The translations under genes were made by a program, and so were the position numbers. From Eledone cirrhosa (taxonomy: Eukaryota), in the NCBI GenBank assembly GCA_964016885.1, contig OZ024742.1, positions 269,638,001 through 269,702,000 on the forward strand: a stretch of DNA of 64,000 nt, written 5' to 3'. Of this stretch, positions 43,121 through 57,529 are shown in pieces. Positions within the stretch are counted from its first letter, which is position 1; each line of letters opens with the position of its first letter. The notes under the pieces are model-generated. The model was not told where the DNA came from. It worked only from the letters and a program-made list of their open reading frames with translations, and ran no database searches.

Positions 43121-46070
43121 TCAGGCCAAGTCGAAGACTCCACCCTCAGAGTCTGGTATCGTTGCCAGGTTGGATTCTCTGTTTAATTTTGACATTTGTA
43201 GGAGCGAGTTTGAGTCAGTTTGTGCTCGTTGTGTATATCCTGGGAGATGGGGTTCATCTCTAATGGTGCTTAAGTATCTATCCAGCTGCAATTTGAATGA
43301 TGCCACACTGCATCCTGATAGATTTCTGACATGTACCGGAATGGAGTTGAATAGTTGTGCCCCTCGAACCAACAGACTTGACTCTCGCAGCGTTTTTGCT
43401 GCCTGGCCAACCCTTTTGTTGATTGGTGGTAGCTGGCAGCGTCTTCCGTGGCGCAGTGAGTGGTAGGTTTTGATACAAAAGTTTGGCACCTTTTGCTCTA
43501 TCATTTTCCAAATGTATATAATTTGGTATCGCTCAAATCTTCTTTCTATTGAGTACATCTTCAAGGTTTTGAGTCTTTGCCAATAGTCCAGGTCCCTCGT
43601 TTCTGAAAAGTATGAGGTAAAATTTCTTTGGAGCGATTCCATCTTAGATAGTTGGCCCTTTGTTGTTTGGTGACCACAACTGAGAACAGTAGTCAATTCT
43701 CGGAAGTATCATACTGTTCCAGAGGGTTTTCATTGTTGAGGTATCTCTTGATTTGAAGGTGCGCAAGATCCACCCGCTGTCCTTTCTTGCAGTAAGACAG
43801 ACTGAGTCAAGGTTTTCTCTGAATTTTAGGCTGGTTCCCATGTGGATGCCTAAATCTTTCACACACTGTTTTTCCATTATTTGTTGTCCTGATGGGTTTC
43901 TGTAGTTTGTTGTATTTTTCAGATCTTGATCTGTTCCGTAGCGAATTGGTTCAAACTTCTTATCATTGAACAACATGTTGTTTGTTTCCTGCCATTTGTA
44001 TATGGTGGTTAGGTCCTTTTGTAAGGCCTCTGTATCCACCTCGTCTTTGATTTGTCTCATGACCCTGGTGTCATCAGCAAAGGATGTGACGTTGCTGGTT
44101 GTATCTTCATCTATGTCAGAGATGAGGATGAGAAACAGGATCGGGCCGAGTACTGTACCCTGGGGAACACTGCTGGTCACGGGTGATGGTGTTGAATGGG
44201 TTCCATTCACAGTGACTGTTTGAGTTCTATTTGTAAGTAACTCATGTATCCATGTACCAACATTTCCTCCTACTCCTAGCTTTCGAAGTCTGTGTCCCAG
44301 GATGCCATGATCTACCTTGTCAAATGCCTTGGCAAAGTCGAGGTAAATAACATCTGTGTTGTATCCATTCTCTAGATTTTCTAGGATTTGGTCATGGTGT
44401 GCCAGTAGTTGGGAAAGACATGATCTACCTAACTTGAATCCATGCTGATTGCAATTCATCAGATTGTTGGATTCCAGGAACTCAACCAGTTTTCCACGAA
44501 CTATTCTTTCGAAGACCTTGATAATGTGTGATGTCAGTGAGATTGGTCGGTAGTTCTTTGGTTTTGATTTGCTGTCCCCTTTATGTATTGGAGTTATGTG
44601 TGCTTCTTTATATGTATTTGGTATTTTGCCATTCTCCATAGATCCTTCCCTATCATGTAAAGGGGTTTCAACAATTGTACCTTGCAGTTTTTAAGTATCA
44701 TGGCATTCAAACCATCAGGCCCCGCAGCTGAGTACATGGAGAGCTTGTCTATGGCTCTTTCTATGTCTTCTGGGTTGAAATCAATGTCGGATAGGGTAGG
44801 TTTAGTATGGTCGATATCCTTGAAGAATTCTCCTGGGTCATGGATCTTCATGGTTTTAGATGGCTCACTGAAGACACTTTCATACTGTTGACCCAACATT
44901 TCTGCCATTTCAATAGAGTTATTCACTACATCCCCATTTTGTCTCTGGAGAGGTCCTATTGTTGACTTGGTATTCGAGTATTTCTTTGCAAAACTGTAGA
45001 AACATTTTGGATTTTTCTTGATGTTTTCTATGGCTCTCTTTTCTGCATTGTTACGTTCTTCATCATAGTGTTGTTTTAGATTGTCTTCTAATCCGTAGTT
45101 CATGTTTTGATGTCAGCTTAGATGTTTTGTTTCTTAGTCTTGACCTTTTGCGCATCAGGATCTTTCGCTCCCGTGGTACAGATTTTTTTGTGGATTTGGT
45201 TTTCCTGAGAGGAATATTTTTTGCACATATTTCTTCGATCTTGTTTAAGAATTTCTTGTGTTTATCTGGCCCAGTAAGGTAGAGATCCCAGTCAATGATT
45301 TGTAACTGGTTGTTAATAGTTTCCCAATTTGCCTGGTGATAATCATACCTGCATAGCTTTGGCATGTCCTTTTGTTTAAGAATTGTGGCATTGGGCTCAT
45401 TACCAATATGTAAATGCATTTCAATAATATTGTGGTCTGAAAGGATTGTTGGGGTTGAGTGAAGATCAAATAGCGTGTCCTCGTTGTTGGTGAAAACCAA
45501 GTCGATCGTATTATTATTTCTAGTTGCTTTTGTCATCATTTGTTTGAGGTATAATTTCTCTGTGACTTCCAACAGTTTGGCTGCCTGTATTTGTTCAGCT
45601 TTTGTCCCCAGTTTTAGTATGTGTCCATGTGGCCAGATGATGTTAGGGAAGTTGAAGTCACCAAGGAGGATAATGTCTGGCATTGGACTCGCCATGTTTC
45701 CCAGAATTTGTTGGAGCTTTGTCAGTGGCTCAGTGAAGGATAATGTTGGGCTGTTTGGTGGTCTGTACATTATTGTTACAACTGTATTAAGTTGGATGAT
45801 TTTTATGCACAGCAGGTTGCAGTAGGCATTTGATTCATTGACAAGTTCTATGCATGCATAGGTATCATGGATATACATGATAACACCCCCATGGGATCTG
45901 CCTTGTCTATCACATCTGAAGATGTTGAATCCATTGATTGAGATTTCGCTGTTGCGGATGTTTTCGTTGAGATGACTTTCAGTAATTCCAATTATTTTGG
46001 AGTTGTTTTCTGTTGCTAATTCTTCCAAGAAAGGGACTTTACACTGTTTTGTTTTCGGATAAAGACCCTG
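43121..46070 (-). pseudogene. LINE ORF2: APE endonuclease + reverse transcriptase, 3 frameshifts
   Basis: IGITESHL, LLGDFNFP, ILSDHNII, AAGPDG, NYRPISLTS, YLDFAKAFDKVDH, VPQGTVLGP, FADDT and YSIERRFERYQIIYIWK. Confidence 0.92.
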
Positions 46071-46084
46071 GATATTTGCTGTTA

Positions 46085-47444
46085 TTATGCTTGTTGTACC
46101 GGATACATCTGCCCTATTGTTGGCAAGACTGTTGTAGTTGCTGGGACTGTGCTGACTGGATATTCGGTCTGCTGGGCTGTCTGTATTTGTTGTATGTGCC
46201 CTGTAAGTCCAGGTGTCAGCCTTTGTATCAATGTTGCCTGGTTTTGCTGAGTCATCTGTATGGAGTACAGCTGTTGTTGTAGTTGGTAGAATATGCCTAA
46301 AAAACTGCTTTCATTCATTACTGTATCGAATTTCTGCGAGTTTGGGTTTGTTACAGCTGATGTGTGCAATTGAGTAGCATGATTTTCATTCACTGTTGAG
46401 CCATGTCCTGGTTTCTGCATTTTTGGGAAATGGTTTTCATACCCTGCTGAGATTGGTCCTGGTGGTGTGGGTTCAGTAGTTTTTATGCGAATTGTACCCT
46501 TCCGGTGCATAAATTTGCAATTCTCGTCAAAACATTCTATTTTTTCTCAGCGAATTGCGGCACATCTTTGGGTGAAGGAGTTCACATTCTCGGCCATTTT
46601 GGCATCCTTTTTTTCGATCAGTACCGAAGTTGATATATGGTTTCCATGGTTTGGGGTGACTGTACGTGCACCCTTTACCTGAAAGACCATGTTTGCACTT
46701 GTTGCTCCTGTAATGGATACATACTGGCCTTTCTTCATTTGAGCGTTTGCTCTGAATCTGTTTCTTTTCGTGGGAAGTTTGGTCTTTTTCTGCAGGATCT
46801 CCTGTTTCTTGTTTTGTAGGTGTTTGCATGTCATTGTCTTCATTCTTGTCATTTACAAGAGGCACTTGGATGGCCTGTGTGTGGCAGGATTTATTTGCCA
46901 TGTCAGTTTCGCCAATCAATGTCTGTTTAGAACGGCCTGTCTGTGGTAGGGTCCTAGGTTCATTCGTTATTGTGGCCCTTGGTGAACAATAACCGCATAG
47001 CCAGTGTAGGCCTAGAATATCTGGAATGGTGTGGTTATTTATCTTTTTTAAGTAGCACGCTTCGTGTATTCCTTGTCCACAGATGAAGCATGCCAAAGCT
47101 GGTTTTTGGCCAAATGTAATGCAGTACTGTTTGTCACATATGTTGCAAGTCTCCGGGAGGAAGTTTTCAATCCTTGTTATAATCCAGTTGGTGAGGTTTG
47201 GTTTTGTGAGCTCAACTTGAACACCATCATTCAAGAAAGCTGCTGCTTTCTTTAACATCGTAAACTTACAGTTTGTGAAAATATTTTTGTATATTGCTCC
47301 ACTTTCCTGTTTGATATCATATTTCGACAAGACACTTTTTATATCTTGATTTTGTGTTGATGAGATGATTTTCAATATGAGGTCTGTGGCCAGGCAAGTG
47401 TTGCTCTCTGAGCTGGCAGTCCGTGGATTTCCGTTACCCGTCAT
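46085..47444 (-). pseudogene. LINE ORF1: PHD finger + tandem CCCH zinc fingers + Q-rich tail, 1 frameshift
   Basis: CNIC..CFICGQGIHEAC..WLCGYC; CIHYRSNKCKHGLSGKGCTYSHP, GCQNGRECELLHP and CRNSLRK/CFDENCKFMH. Confidence 0.85.
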
Positions 47445-48671
47445 CGTTTATGTGGGCGGTGGATTGTGAATAGCTTGAGATTTAGAATTGTTTGACTTGA
47501 ATGGAGAGGGGGAAAGGAGCAGTAGTTGATTTTGTACACTGGCTGAGATAGTAGTAGTAGTAGCAATGGTACCTGAGTTGTTAGTGGAGCTATGGTGGTG
47601 GGGATATGGAGGGAGTAAGAGTGGTTGGGATGGGTCACTGGCGAGGTAGAATGGAATGTTTGGCTTTGGCCACTAGGAGTAGTAGCAGGAGGAGGAGGAG
47701 GAGGGAGAGAAGATGAAGAAGGGGAAGTAGCAGTAGAAGATGGAAACAATGATGATGACGATATGATGACGATGATGGTGATGGCAGTGGGTCTATTAGT
47801 TCTTTTAGCTGCTGATGTGAATGTTGCAGTTGTATCCACTTCAATATATGACCAGTTGCGATATTTAAAGACGATATTTAAAGATGTGTTTTTTTGTTAC
47901 TGTTGCTGCTGTTGTGAACTACTTATTGTTTTTCAGTGTCTTCGATTCGTTGTTGATCACTTAACCAAGTTGTTTGTGCAATAAAATATATAGATAATAA
48001 CATTAAATGGGCTGTAGTGAGTAAAAGAATTTCGGGCTAGTTTATCCACGTGGTTACAGGTTTCTCACAGTGAGATACGAAGCAGAGTTATTAAAGAGAT
48101 GGCCAACTCTTTTAGCAATGAAATTGAAATTTGAGGCATGTATGTTATCGGTTTGAAAGAGAATGAACCATGAGATAATGAAAGTATCAACTTCAATATA
48201 CGACCAGTTGCGATATTTAAAGATGTGTTTTTTGTTGTTGTTTTTTGTTACTGTTGTTGTGAACTACTTATTGTTTTTCAGTGTCTTCGATTCGTTGTTG
48301 ATCACTTAACCAAGTTGTTTGTGCAACAAGAAATATAGATAATAACGGTAAATATAGGTAATGGCAAATAAGGATAGAAATATTCAAAATATTAACTTCT
48401 GTGGTGTATATTGAACAGTAGGAGACAATAATACTGGTATATGTTATAATTCTGAGATAATGTAAACTATTGTGTGTTTGTTAATAGGAATATTGTGTAC
48501 TTACGAATAATTATTATTATCGTTATCTTATATCTTTCATAATACGTGTTCACGATACAAAAACGTAGCTTTCACTGGAATTAAGGCTTTGTCTTTTTTG
48601 AGAAGGAAGAATTTTCAGTTGAGTTTTCAGTTGAAAATTGTAATATTCAATAAATTGCATATTCAATAAAT

Positions 48672-50900
48672 AAGGATTTCTTAAACTTCCCGACATCCCT
48701 CAAGGATATACCAATACATTCAAATGAGGAATACATGAGGAAAATTATCGAACAAGCAAACTATTTTATAAGAAGAATGAGATGGCGAGCATTTCATTTC
48801 GAAAATAAAGAGGCTGAAATAAAAACCAACAGCAATCATTTCGAATCTTTATTTAAATCAAGAAAGAATCCTCCATACAACAAACTCCTGGAGGATTTTG
48901 AAATCGAAATGCTCGGTATACTTAAATAAATTATATTTAGGAAAAACCCATATATAAGTCACCAATACCTTAGAACTCTAAAAGAAAAAAAATCACGGAT
49001 ATAAAAAAAGTTAACAAAATATTGGTTAAATCGGACAAAACAAATAATTTATATGGGATGAACAAAGAAGAATATAATAACTTGATTTTAAAGGGACTTA
49101 AGAAAAATTATAAAAAATCTCCGGCTGAAGATCTTACAGAAATTAACGATGATGCATATAAATTAATTACCAATTTAGGAATAGAAGGAAGAACCGAGCC
49201 ACTTATACCTAGGCAGCCGCGGATTAACTTAAAAGATCACAAAAGAAACTTCAAGGAAGACTACCAGTCAGACTGATTGCTCCATCCAAATTGGATATTG
49301 GAGTAATCAGTAAAAACATTATCGATAGAATTCTACCTGCTCTTAAATTGAGATCTAAATTGAGCTTGTGGAAAGATACAAATGAAGTCATAGAATGGTA
49401 TAAGAATATAGATGATAAATTCATCCAGATGGACATAACAAGCTACTATTCTTCTATAACGCCCAACCTACTAAATAAGGCTCTATCATACTCTTATAAG
49501 CATACTGATCTAACCACGGATGAAATTGATATCATACTAACAGCTAGAAGAACTCTTATTAACTTCAACAACGAGTATTGGACCCGCTCAAATAGAAATA
49601 TAAACTTTGATATTTCTATGGGGGCATCCCATTCAGCGCAAATCACAGATCTTCTCGGAATGTTCATACTAAATATGCTAAATAGAAAACTGCCGGAGAT
49701 TACGGGTGGTTTATATAGGGACGACATTTTATTTATGGCGGTCAAACACAACAACATTGAACTAAATAGAGTAAAGAAAAGTATAATTGAATTCTTTAAA
49801 ATGTATGACCTTAAGTTAGAAGTAGAGAGTGTTACCAACATAGTTAATTTCCTTGATGTTACGTTTAACTTAAACTCTGGCTTTTATTACCCTTTTCATA
49901 AGCCCAATGAAAACTTAAACTATGTTAGTTATTACTCCAATTACCCTAAATCAGTAAAAAAAAGCAATTGTAAATAGTGTGCAAAAACGCATTAATAGAA
50001 TATCAGCCAATAAAGCAATATTTGATGAAAATGCTGAATATTTCAATGAAGCGCTAAAAGAGCAGGTTATGAGAATAATATAGAATATGTAGATAATAAT
50101 AATCCAGGTTTTAATCCTGATAAAAATACTGGCATATATAAACTAAATTCTAATAATTATAATTCAAATCGAGGAAAAGAACCAGAACTAAATCAGTTAT
50201 ATGGTTTGCCCCCCCCCCCCCTGCTTCCGTAGCAGTAAGAACAACAATAGCAAACCTATTCTTTAAAGCTTTGGACAGCTCTTTCCCTAGTCTACATAAA
50301 TACCATTCCATTTTTAATAGACACACTATTAAATGATCTTATTCTACAACTATGAATAGGCCCAAAACATTGCTAAAATAAACAGTAAAATTCTAAAGCA
50401 GAATCAGCATAATGATTTTAATAATAGTGTTAACATAAATAATAATAAATCAAAATGTAATTGTAGAAATAAACCAGATTGCCCTCTGCAAAATAATTGT
50501 TTGGACAGTAATTTGGTGTATAAATGCACCGTAAAATCTGATTACAACACATAAAACTACATAGGATCGACTTCTTCTACATTTAAGGCTAGATTTGCGA
50601 ATTATAAATGCTCATTTTCGAATTCTAATAAGAAATCATCGACTTCTTTATCACAACTTATATGGTCATTAAAAGACAAAAATTAAAATACTCTATCTTT
50701 TGAATGAAATCTTGTAATAGTGGAGTTTATCGCAACTCAAGTATATCAAGTAACTGCGCTCTTTGTACAATGGAGACCCTTTTGATTATTAATAATTATG
50801 AAAACTTAATTAACAAAGAAAGTGAATTATTCTAAAACTGCCTTCATAAAGCTTTGTCTACATTCCAAGCCTCGCATAAGACCAGGAAAAACAGTAAGCA
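48672..50900 (+). mobile_element. Near full-length degenerate Penelope-type ORF (N-terminal domain, RT, GIY-YIG)
   Basis: FIRRMRWRAFHF, VKSDKTNNLY, INLKDHKRNF, FIQMDITSYYSSI, FDISMGA, GLYRDD, NFLDVTFNL, CNCRNKPDCPLQNNCL and YIGSTSSTFKARF. Confidence 0.92.
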
Positions 50901-51609
50901 ACCAAGCCTGGTTTTTAGACGTTCATCATCAACTGTTTAAAATATAAATCATAATGGTTTATAAAACTTTAATAATGCTTTATCTTCTAATCATCTATAA
51001 AGAAAATAACGTTTGAATGAATGACATTAGTTTAATAACATGCTCGAACGTTGATATACACAACCTATGGCTTTTTGGATATTATTAACTTTGATCCAGA
51101 CATTTATTTTTCTATCTGTGTTTTAAATATAGTTTAAATATCTAACCTGTACATTTTTACGAACCTTATTTTGAACTGTGGATCATTCATGCGTTTACAT
51201 CTTTATATATGTATGTATTTTATAGTTGTGCATGTATGAATCTATTATCTAAGATTATAATTGTTATCCTTTACCAAAAGTATACTGCCTCATTAATACT
51301 TAGTATATCTCAATATATATAGTTTGTGCAAATATGTTTATACTGTATAATAATATATTCATAATTATAGTTCGGTATATAGTTTTGTGCAAATATGTTT
51401 ATAATGTATAATAACATAATCATAATTATAGTTCGGTATAACATTATATATAGTTTGTGCAAATATATGTATATTGTATAATAATATAATCATAATTTAG
51501 AGTGAGTTCATTCTTCTCTTGAAGGTAAAACTCATATAATGATTTAATATATAATATATGAACAAATAATAAGAAAAAAGAAATTTATAGTCCTATTATT
51601 ATGATCAAT

Positions 51610-52482
<873 letters not shown>

Positions 52483-52564
52483 ATATATATATATAGCTGA
52501 AAACTCTGCGTTAATTATTATACTTTAGACACTATAACTATTTAATAATAAATTCCTTGATTGT

Positions 52565-53191
52565 TATAACAGTAAGTACTTCATAAATTATACATACTGT
52601 TACACACTGTTAAAAGTAATTTTGTTAAAGATTACCTTTGTGTAAATATTTAACAGTATATATTTTTCTTTCACGGGCCTAGTAAACCCTTTAAATTTGT
52701 TTTCATAAGACTTCGAATTTTAGAAATGTAACACATTTATAAAATTTATAAAATTTATAAAATTAATACAAATAACAATCAACCAAAAAACCTAAAATTT
52801 TGATTTTTCACACTAAAATAACATAAATGAAATATTTTGAAATTTACCTGCCAAGGCTATATGTGTCCGAGGAAAATGTTTGCATAAATTAATCCCCTTT
52901 ATCTCTCCCTCTTTTTAATTATCTATCAGTTGCTTTCTCAAGCTAAAAACTAAAAAAATGATAACTCCAGATACGTCTTCCTCTATAATCCTACTGTAGT
53001 ATCCAAGATTGTAAACACTCTATAACTGTTACATTAAAGCAATGTTTTTCTTACTCACACCTTCTCTATTGATTCTATTACGTGTTCGCATGTTCTTATT
53101 ATTAGGGTATAAATATTGAGTTTTCTCATAAGTTATTCACTACTTGATTACATCTTGACCATCTAACATGTCAGGGTATGTCATGTATCAT
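52565..53191 (+). repeat. Inverted sister copy of 42374-43010
   Basis: For example CATGTCAGGGTATGTCATGTATCA at 53167-53190 vs TGATACATGACATACCCTGACATG at 42374. Confidence 0.9.
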
Positions 53192-53285
53192 AAAAAAGGA
53201 ATTGAGGTAAAGAATCAGAAGGACCATAGCGCACCAGAGTATTCAAGACTTAGGGTAGTAGAGTGGGAAAAAGGAAACAGTATAA

Positions 53286-53379
53286 CCCCGACGGCAGAGC
53301 TCAAGCCGTTTCGACGGCTATTTCTGGAATAAATTAGAATTTTTATCCGGGTGAATACATAACCGAACTTGTCAAGGGG
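53286..53379 (-). ncRNA. Hammerhead with a U3-A8 core and long stems II/III (left PLE end)
   Basis: Reverse complement: CCCC-UUGACAA-G-UUCGGUUAU...AUAGCCGUC-GAA-ACGGC(UUGAGCUCU)GCCGU-C-GGGG. Confidence 0.6.
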
Positions 53380-56300
53380 GTATTTCCTCATATGGGAAGA
53401 TTGTAGTTGTCAAGAGGATTCGTTAAAATTTGTTGTAAACACAAATATGTCTATCATGGCACTTGGTGGGAGGTAGGGGTGGCTGAACTTGCCTGTAGAA
53501 CAATAGGGGAGTGAATGGAGCGGTCAAGCGTTGAAAGTGATATGTATACAGCCGATTCAAAGGATAGTGTATGAAGTGGAGGAGGGATGTTATAGAATAG
53601 GTAAATCGAATTACAGTAGGAGACAATAAAAGATAATAGAAAGAAATAAAATATATATATATAAAATTAGATAGTGAGAAATGAATTAAAAAATCCCAAT
53701 GCTATCTTACAATTACAGGTTAATAAGTTAAGAATAGAAAATACTTACAGAAATTGAGTAGTAACAAAACTGATACAAAATTAGAGGGGTTTAACACATC
53801 TGCTATAAGTAGTTAGTAAAACGTATTCGGTCAATTCTATCTTAAAATTACAGGGGTGGGGGAACTGATGTACAGATGCCCGATGGGCGGCATCGGAGTA
53901 GGCGAAAGGGGAAACCAGACGAGGAAGAAAATAGGGTGTGGAAGGAAGTGATAGGATGAGACAGGGGGAAGAAGAAGACAAAGAGGAAAAGAAAAGAGAT
54001 ACATCTACCTAGTAAGCTGGGGTTTCCCCTAACTTATTCGGCAAGTGGGGGTTATCAGCCCTTGTCTACCCACACGGGTCGTTATGGGGTTTGAGGGCGA
54101 GGTAAGTCCTACGCAATCTGTGTTTGCAAGCGGTTACCAGTTCGTATTTCTTGTTTAGGAGTTGGTCCTTCGAAAACAGCATTTGTAATGTTTCTCCGAG
54201 CATAAGTTAGACGGACGGCGTCCTCCCGTGTAAGAGTTAGCTCAGTTGTTTTAGGAGACGATACTTTTGTGCGAAGTCAGGTGTGGTGCTGTAGGACAAT
54301 TTGATAGTATTTTTGTTGATTATGTTGTGGTAGCGCTGTTGTAGTGAGAAGTGTTTTTCGAGGAGTCTAAATAATATTTTCCCGATAGATATTGCCACCT
54401 CGGCATTATGGGGAGCATTGAAACACGATACGTTGCGTGAGCGGCTGTGTCGCCTACTGGTTCCGCTAAGGGAAGCTAGATAAAAGGATATTTCCTCCCG
54501 AAAGCCACTCCGCTTGAGGGCCTGGATGTAATGAAGCGCGTGTTCGTCGAATATCTGCTCATTAGCGGACAAACGAGATATGCGGAGGGAGATGTTTTTA
54601 ACCAGGTTATTGGTGATGTTCCTAGGATGGTTAGAGTGGCGGTGGATGTAGTGCAGGTTGTCGTTTGGCTTCCTGTATGGGTAGTACAAATCATTTTCGA
54701 GGTTAAGGGTAACGTCCAGGAAATTGACTCGGGTAAATGACGTTTGTAGGGTGATTTTAAATCCCCAGTACGGAAGAAGTTGATTAGTTGTTTACGGACC
54801 AGTCTGTACTACTGGGGTTGTACCCATTGAGGGTGAGCAGCCCATCATCCCGGTACAATCCACGGCCGAGTGAGTTTACATAGTAGGAATAATCCTATAA
54901 GATCTGTGACCTCGGCCGAATCCGTCGCACCCATACTGACGTCGAAGGGGGAATCGGGAGCTTTCTTTATCCACTTGGAATTGTCGAAACGTAGGACTGC
55001 TTCCTGGTGTGGAGAATGATATTTCTTGCCTGGTCAGAGATGGGTGCGAGTGTTTCGGCAAAGTCCAAGGCGGCCGTAAGGAGCGGTAAGGTAATAGATG
55101 CATAGTAACTCTCTATGTCAAACTGGATGAATTTTGTGTCTCGTTTGTCCTCCATATTTCTGAACCATGAGATTACTTCCTGGGTGCTGACCCATAAGTT
55201 AAGACTCACGTTTTGCTTAACTTTTGGTATAACGCTGTCTAGGATCAATTTCCTGGACGTTACCCTTAACCTCGAAAATGAACTGTACTACCCATACAGA
55301 AACAACAAACGACAACCTGCACTACATCCACCGGCGCTCTAACCATCCTATAAAGATCATCAATAACCTGGTTAAAAATTTCTCCCTCCGCATATCTCAT
55401 TTGTCCGCTAATGAGCAGATATTCGAGGAACACGCGCCTTATTACAACCAGGCCCTCAAGCGGAGTGGCTTCCGGGAGAAAATATCCTTTTATCCAGCTT
55501 CCCTTAGCGGAACCAGCAGGCGAGACCGCCGCTCACAAAACATATCGTGGTTCAATCCACCCCATAATGCCGATGTGGTAACACCTATCGGGAAAATCTT
55601 CTTTAGACTTCTCGAAAAACACTTCCCAATACAACACCGCTACCACAACATAATCAACAAAAACACCATCAAACTCTTCTGCAGCACCACACCTAACTTC
55701 GCACAAAATATCGTCTCCTCAAACAACAAAAAACTCAACCCCTAGGGAAGAAATAACCTAGACATCAATGGAGAGACGACCAGGAGGTGAAACTGCCCTG
55801 ATAGATCTACGTGCACCCTCAACAGCAAATGCCGAGAACGTAACGTGATCTATCAGTCAACGTGAGGACGGACACCTCCAACAAAGCTTATATAGGATTA
55901 ACTGCGTGTGACTTCAAGACCCTGCGTGTGACTTCCGAAACCCGTCCGGCGACATGCAACTACACTCTCGGACCACATATGGGACATCCAAGATAATAAT
56001 ATAACCTACAATCTCACTTGGAGCTTACTGTCCAGAGCTAACTCTTACACGGGAGGACGCCGTCCGTGTTACTTATGCTCTGAGGAAACATTACAAATGC
56101 TGTTTTCGAAGGACCAACTCCTAAACAAGAAAGACGAACTGGTAGCCGCATGCAAATACAGATTGCGTAGGACATACTTCGCCCTCAAATCCCATAACGA
56201 CCCAGGTGGGTAGACAAGGGCTGATACCCCCCACTTGCTAAATAAGTTAGGGGTAACCCCAGCTTACATAGGTAGATGTATCTCTTTTCTTTGCCTCTTT

Positions 56301-56865
56301 GTCTTCTTCTTCCCCCTGTCTCATCCTATCACGTCCTTCCACCTCCTATTTTCTTCCTCGTCTGCTTTCCTCTTTCGCCTACCCCGATGCAGCCCATCGG
56401 GCATCGGAAGCATCAGTTCCCCCACCCCTGTATTTTAAGATAGAATTGGCCGAATACGTTTTACTAACTACTTATAGCAGATGTGTTAAACCCCTTTAAT
56501 TTTATATCAGTTTTGTTACTACTTAATTTCTACAAGTTTTTCTATTCTCAACTTATTAACCTGTATTTGTAAGATAACATTGGGATTTTTTAAATTCATT
56601 TCTCACTATCTAATTTTTTATATTTTTTTATTTCTTTCTATTACCTATTCTATAACCACCCTCCTCCACTTCATACACTATACTTAGAATCTTCTGTATA
56701 CATATCACTTTCAACGCTTGACCGCTCCACTCATTCCCCTATTGTTCTACAGGCAAGTTCAGCCACCACTACCGCTCACCAAATGCCATGATAGACTGAT
56801 TTGTGTTTACAACAAATTTTAACCAAACCTCTTGACAACTACAATCTTCCCATATAAGGAAGTAC

Positions 56866-56959
56866 CCCCTTGACAAGTTCGGCTATTTATTACCCCGGCT
56901 AAACATTGTAATTTAGTCCAGAAATAGCCGTCGAAACGGCATGAGCTCTGCCGTCGGGG
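56866..56959 (+). ncRNA. Hammerhead with a U3-A8 core and long stems II/III (right PLE end)
   Basis: CCCC-UUGACAA-G-UU-CGGCUAUUU...AAAUAGCCG-UC-GAA-ACGGCA(UGAGCUC)UGCCGU-C-GGGG. Confidence 0.65.
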
Positions 56960-56969
56960 TCATACTGTT

Positions 56970-57035
<66 letters not shown>

Positions 57036-57413
57036 TTATATATATACATATACTATCCATGATGTCTTCCAAAATTAACGGTTGCATTTTGAATGTTTAT
57101 GTCAATATTTATTTATAAAACTGGTATATATTGTATTTTGTCTAAGGAAAGCATACCATAATTTAACATGGTATCCTTGAAATATGTATAATAAAATAGA
57201 TATGGTTTTATAAATATAGTTTCCATTTGTTAATATCGTATATATTTATATACATATTTTTAGCTGTTGGACAAATAATGATAAACATTTATAGCCAGCT
57301 GAATTAACTAGGGGGATATAAAATATACAGAAGCGAAAACCAATCCAAATCAAAAAGTGTGTGTTTTATTATACCTCGCAATATTATAACAATATGACCC
57401 TCCCCAAATATAT

Positions 57414-57467
<54 letters not shown>

Positions 57468-57529
57468 TATTTTGGAGATGTTGATGTGTAAGCCACCCTC
57501 CATAGAATGTTTGGTCAGTAGATTCATAA

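Larger units (their letters stand above)
43085..48360 (-). mobile_element. Near full-length CR1-group LINE (frameshifted)
   Basis: ORF1 and ORF2 listed below; (AAATG)n 3' tail at 43085-43105; duplicated 5' UTR block at 47840-48000 / 48190-48350. Confidence 0.9.
53215..56970. mobile_element. Head-to-head inverted pair of 5'-truncated PLEs (left - strand 55240-53215; right + strand 55241-56970)
   Basis: KFIQFDIESYYASI, GLYRDDGL, NFLDVTLNL, HSNHP and SWFNPP; GIY-YIG at 55790-56180. The UTRs are mirror images. The left copy lacks most of the GIY-YIG. Confidence 0.92.

Noticed and set aside
51300-51500. Short ~60-70 bp AT-rich tandem repeats resembling a CRISPR array
   Set aside because: No unique spacers and no cas genes in a eukaryotic context; this is a minisatellite in the PLE 3' region.
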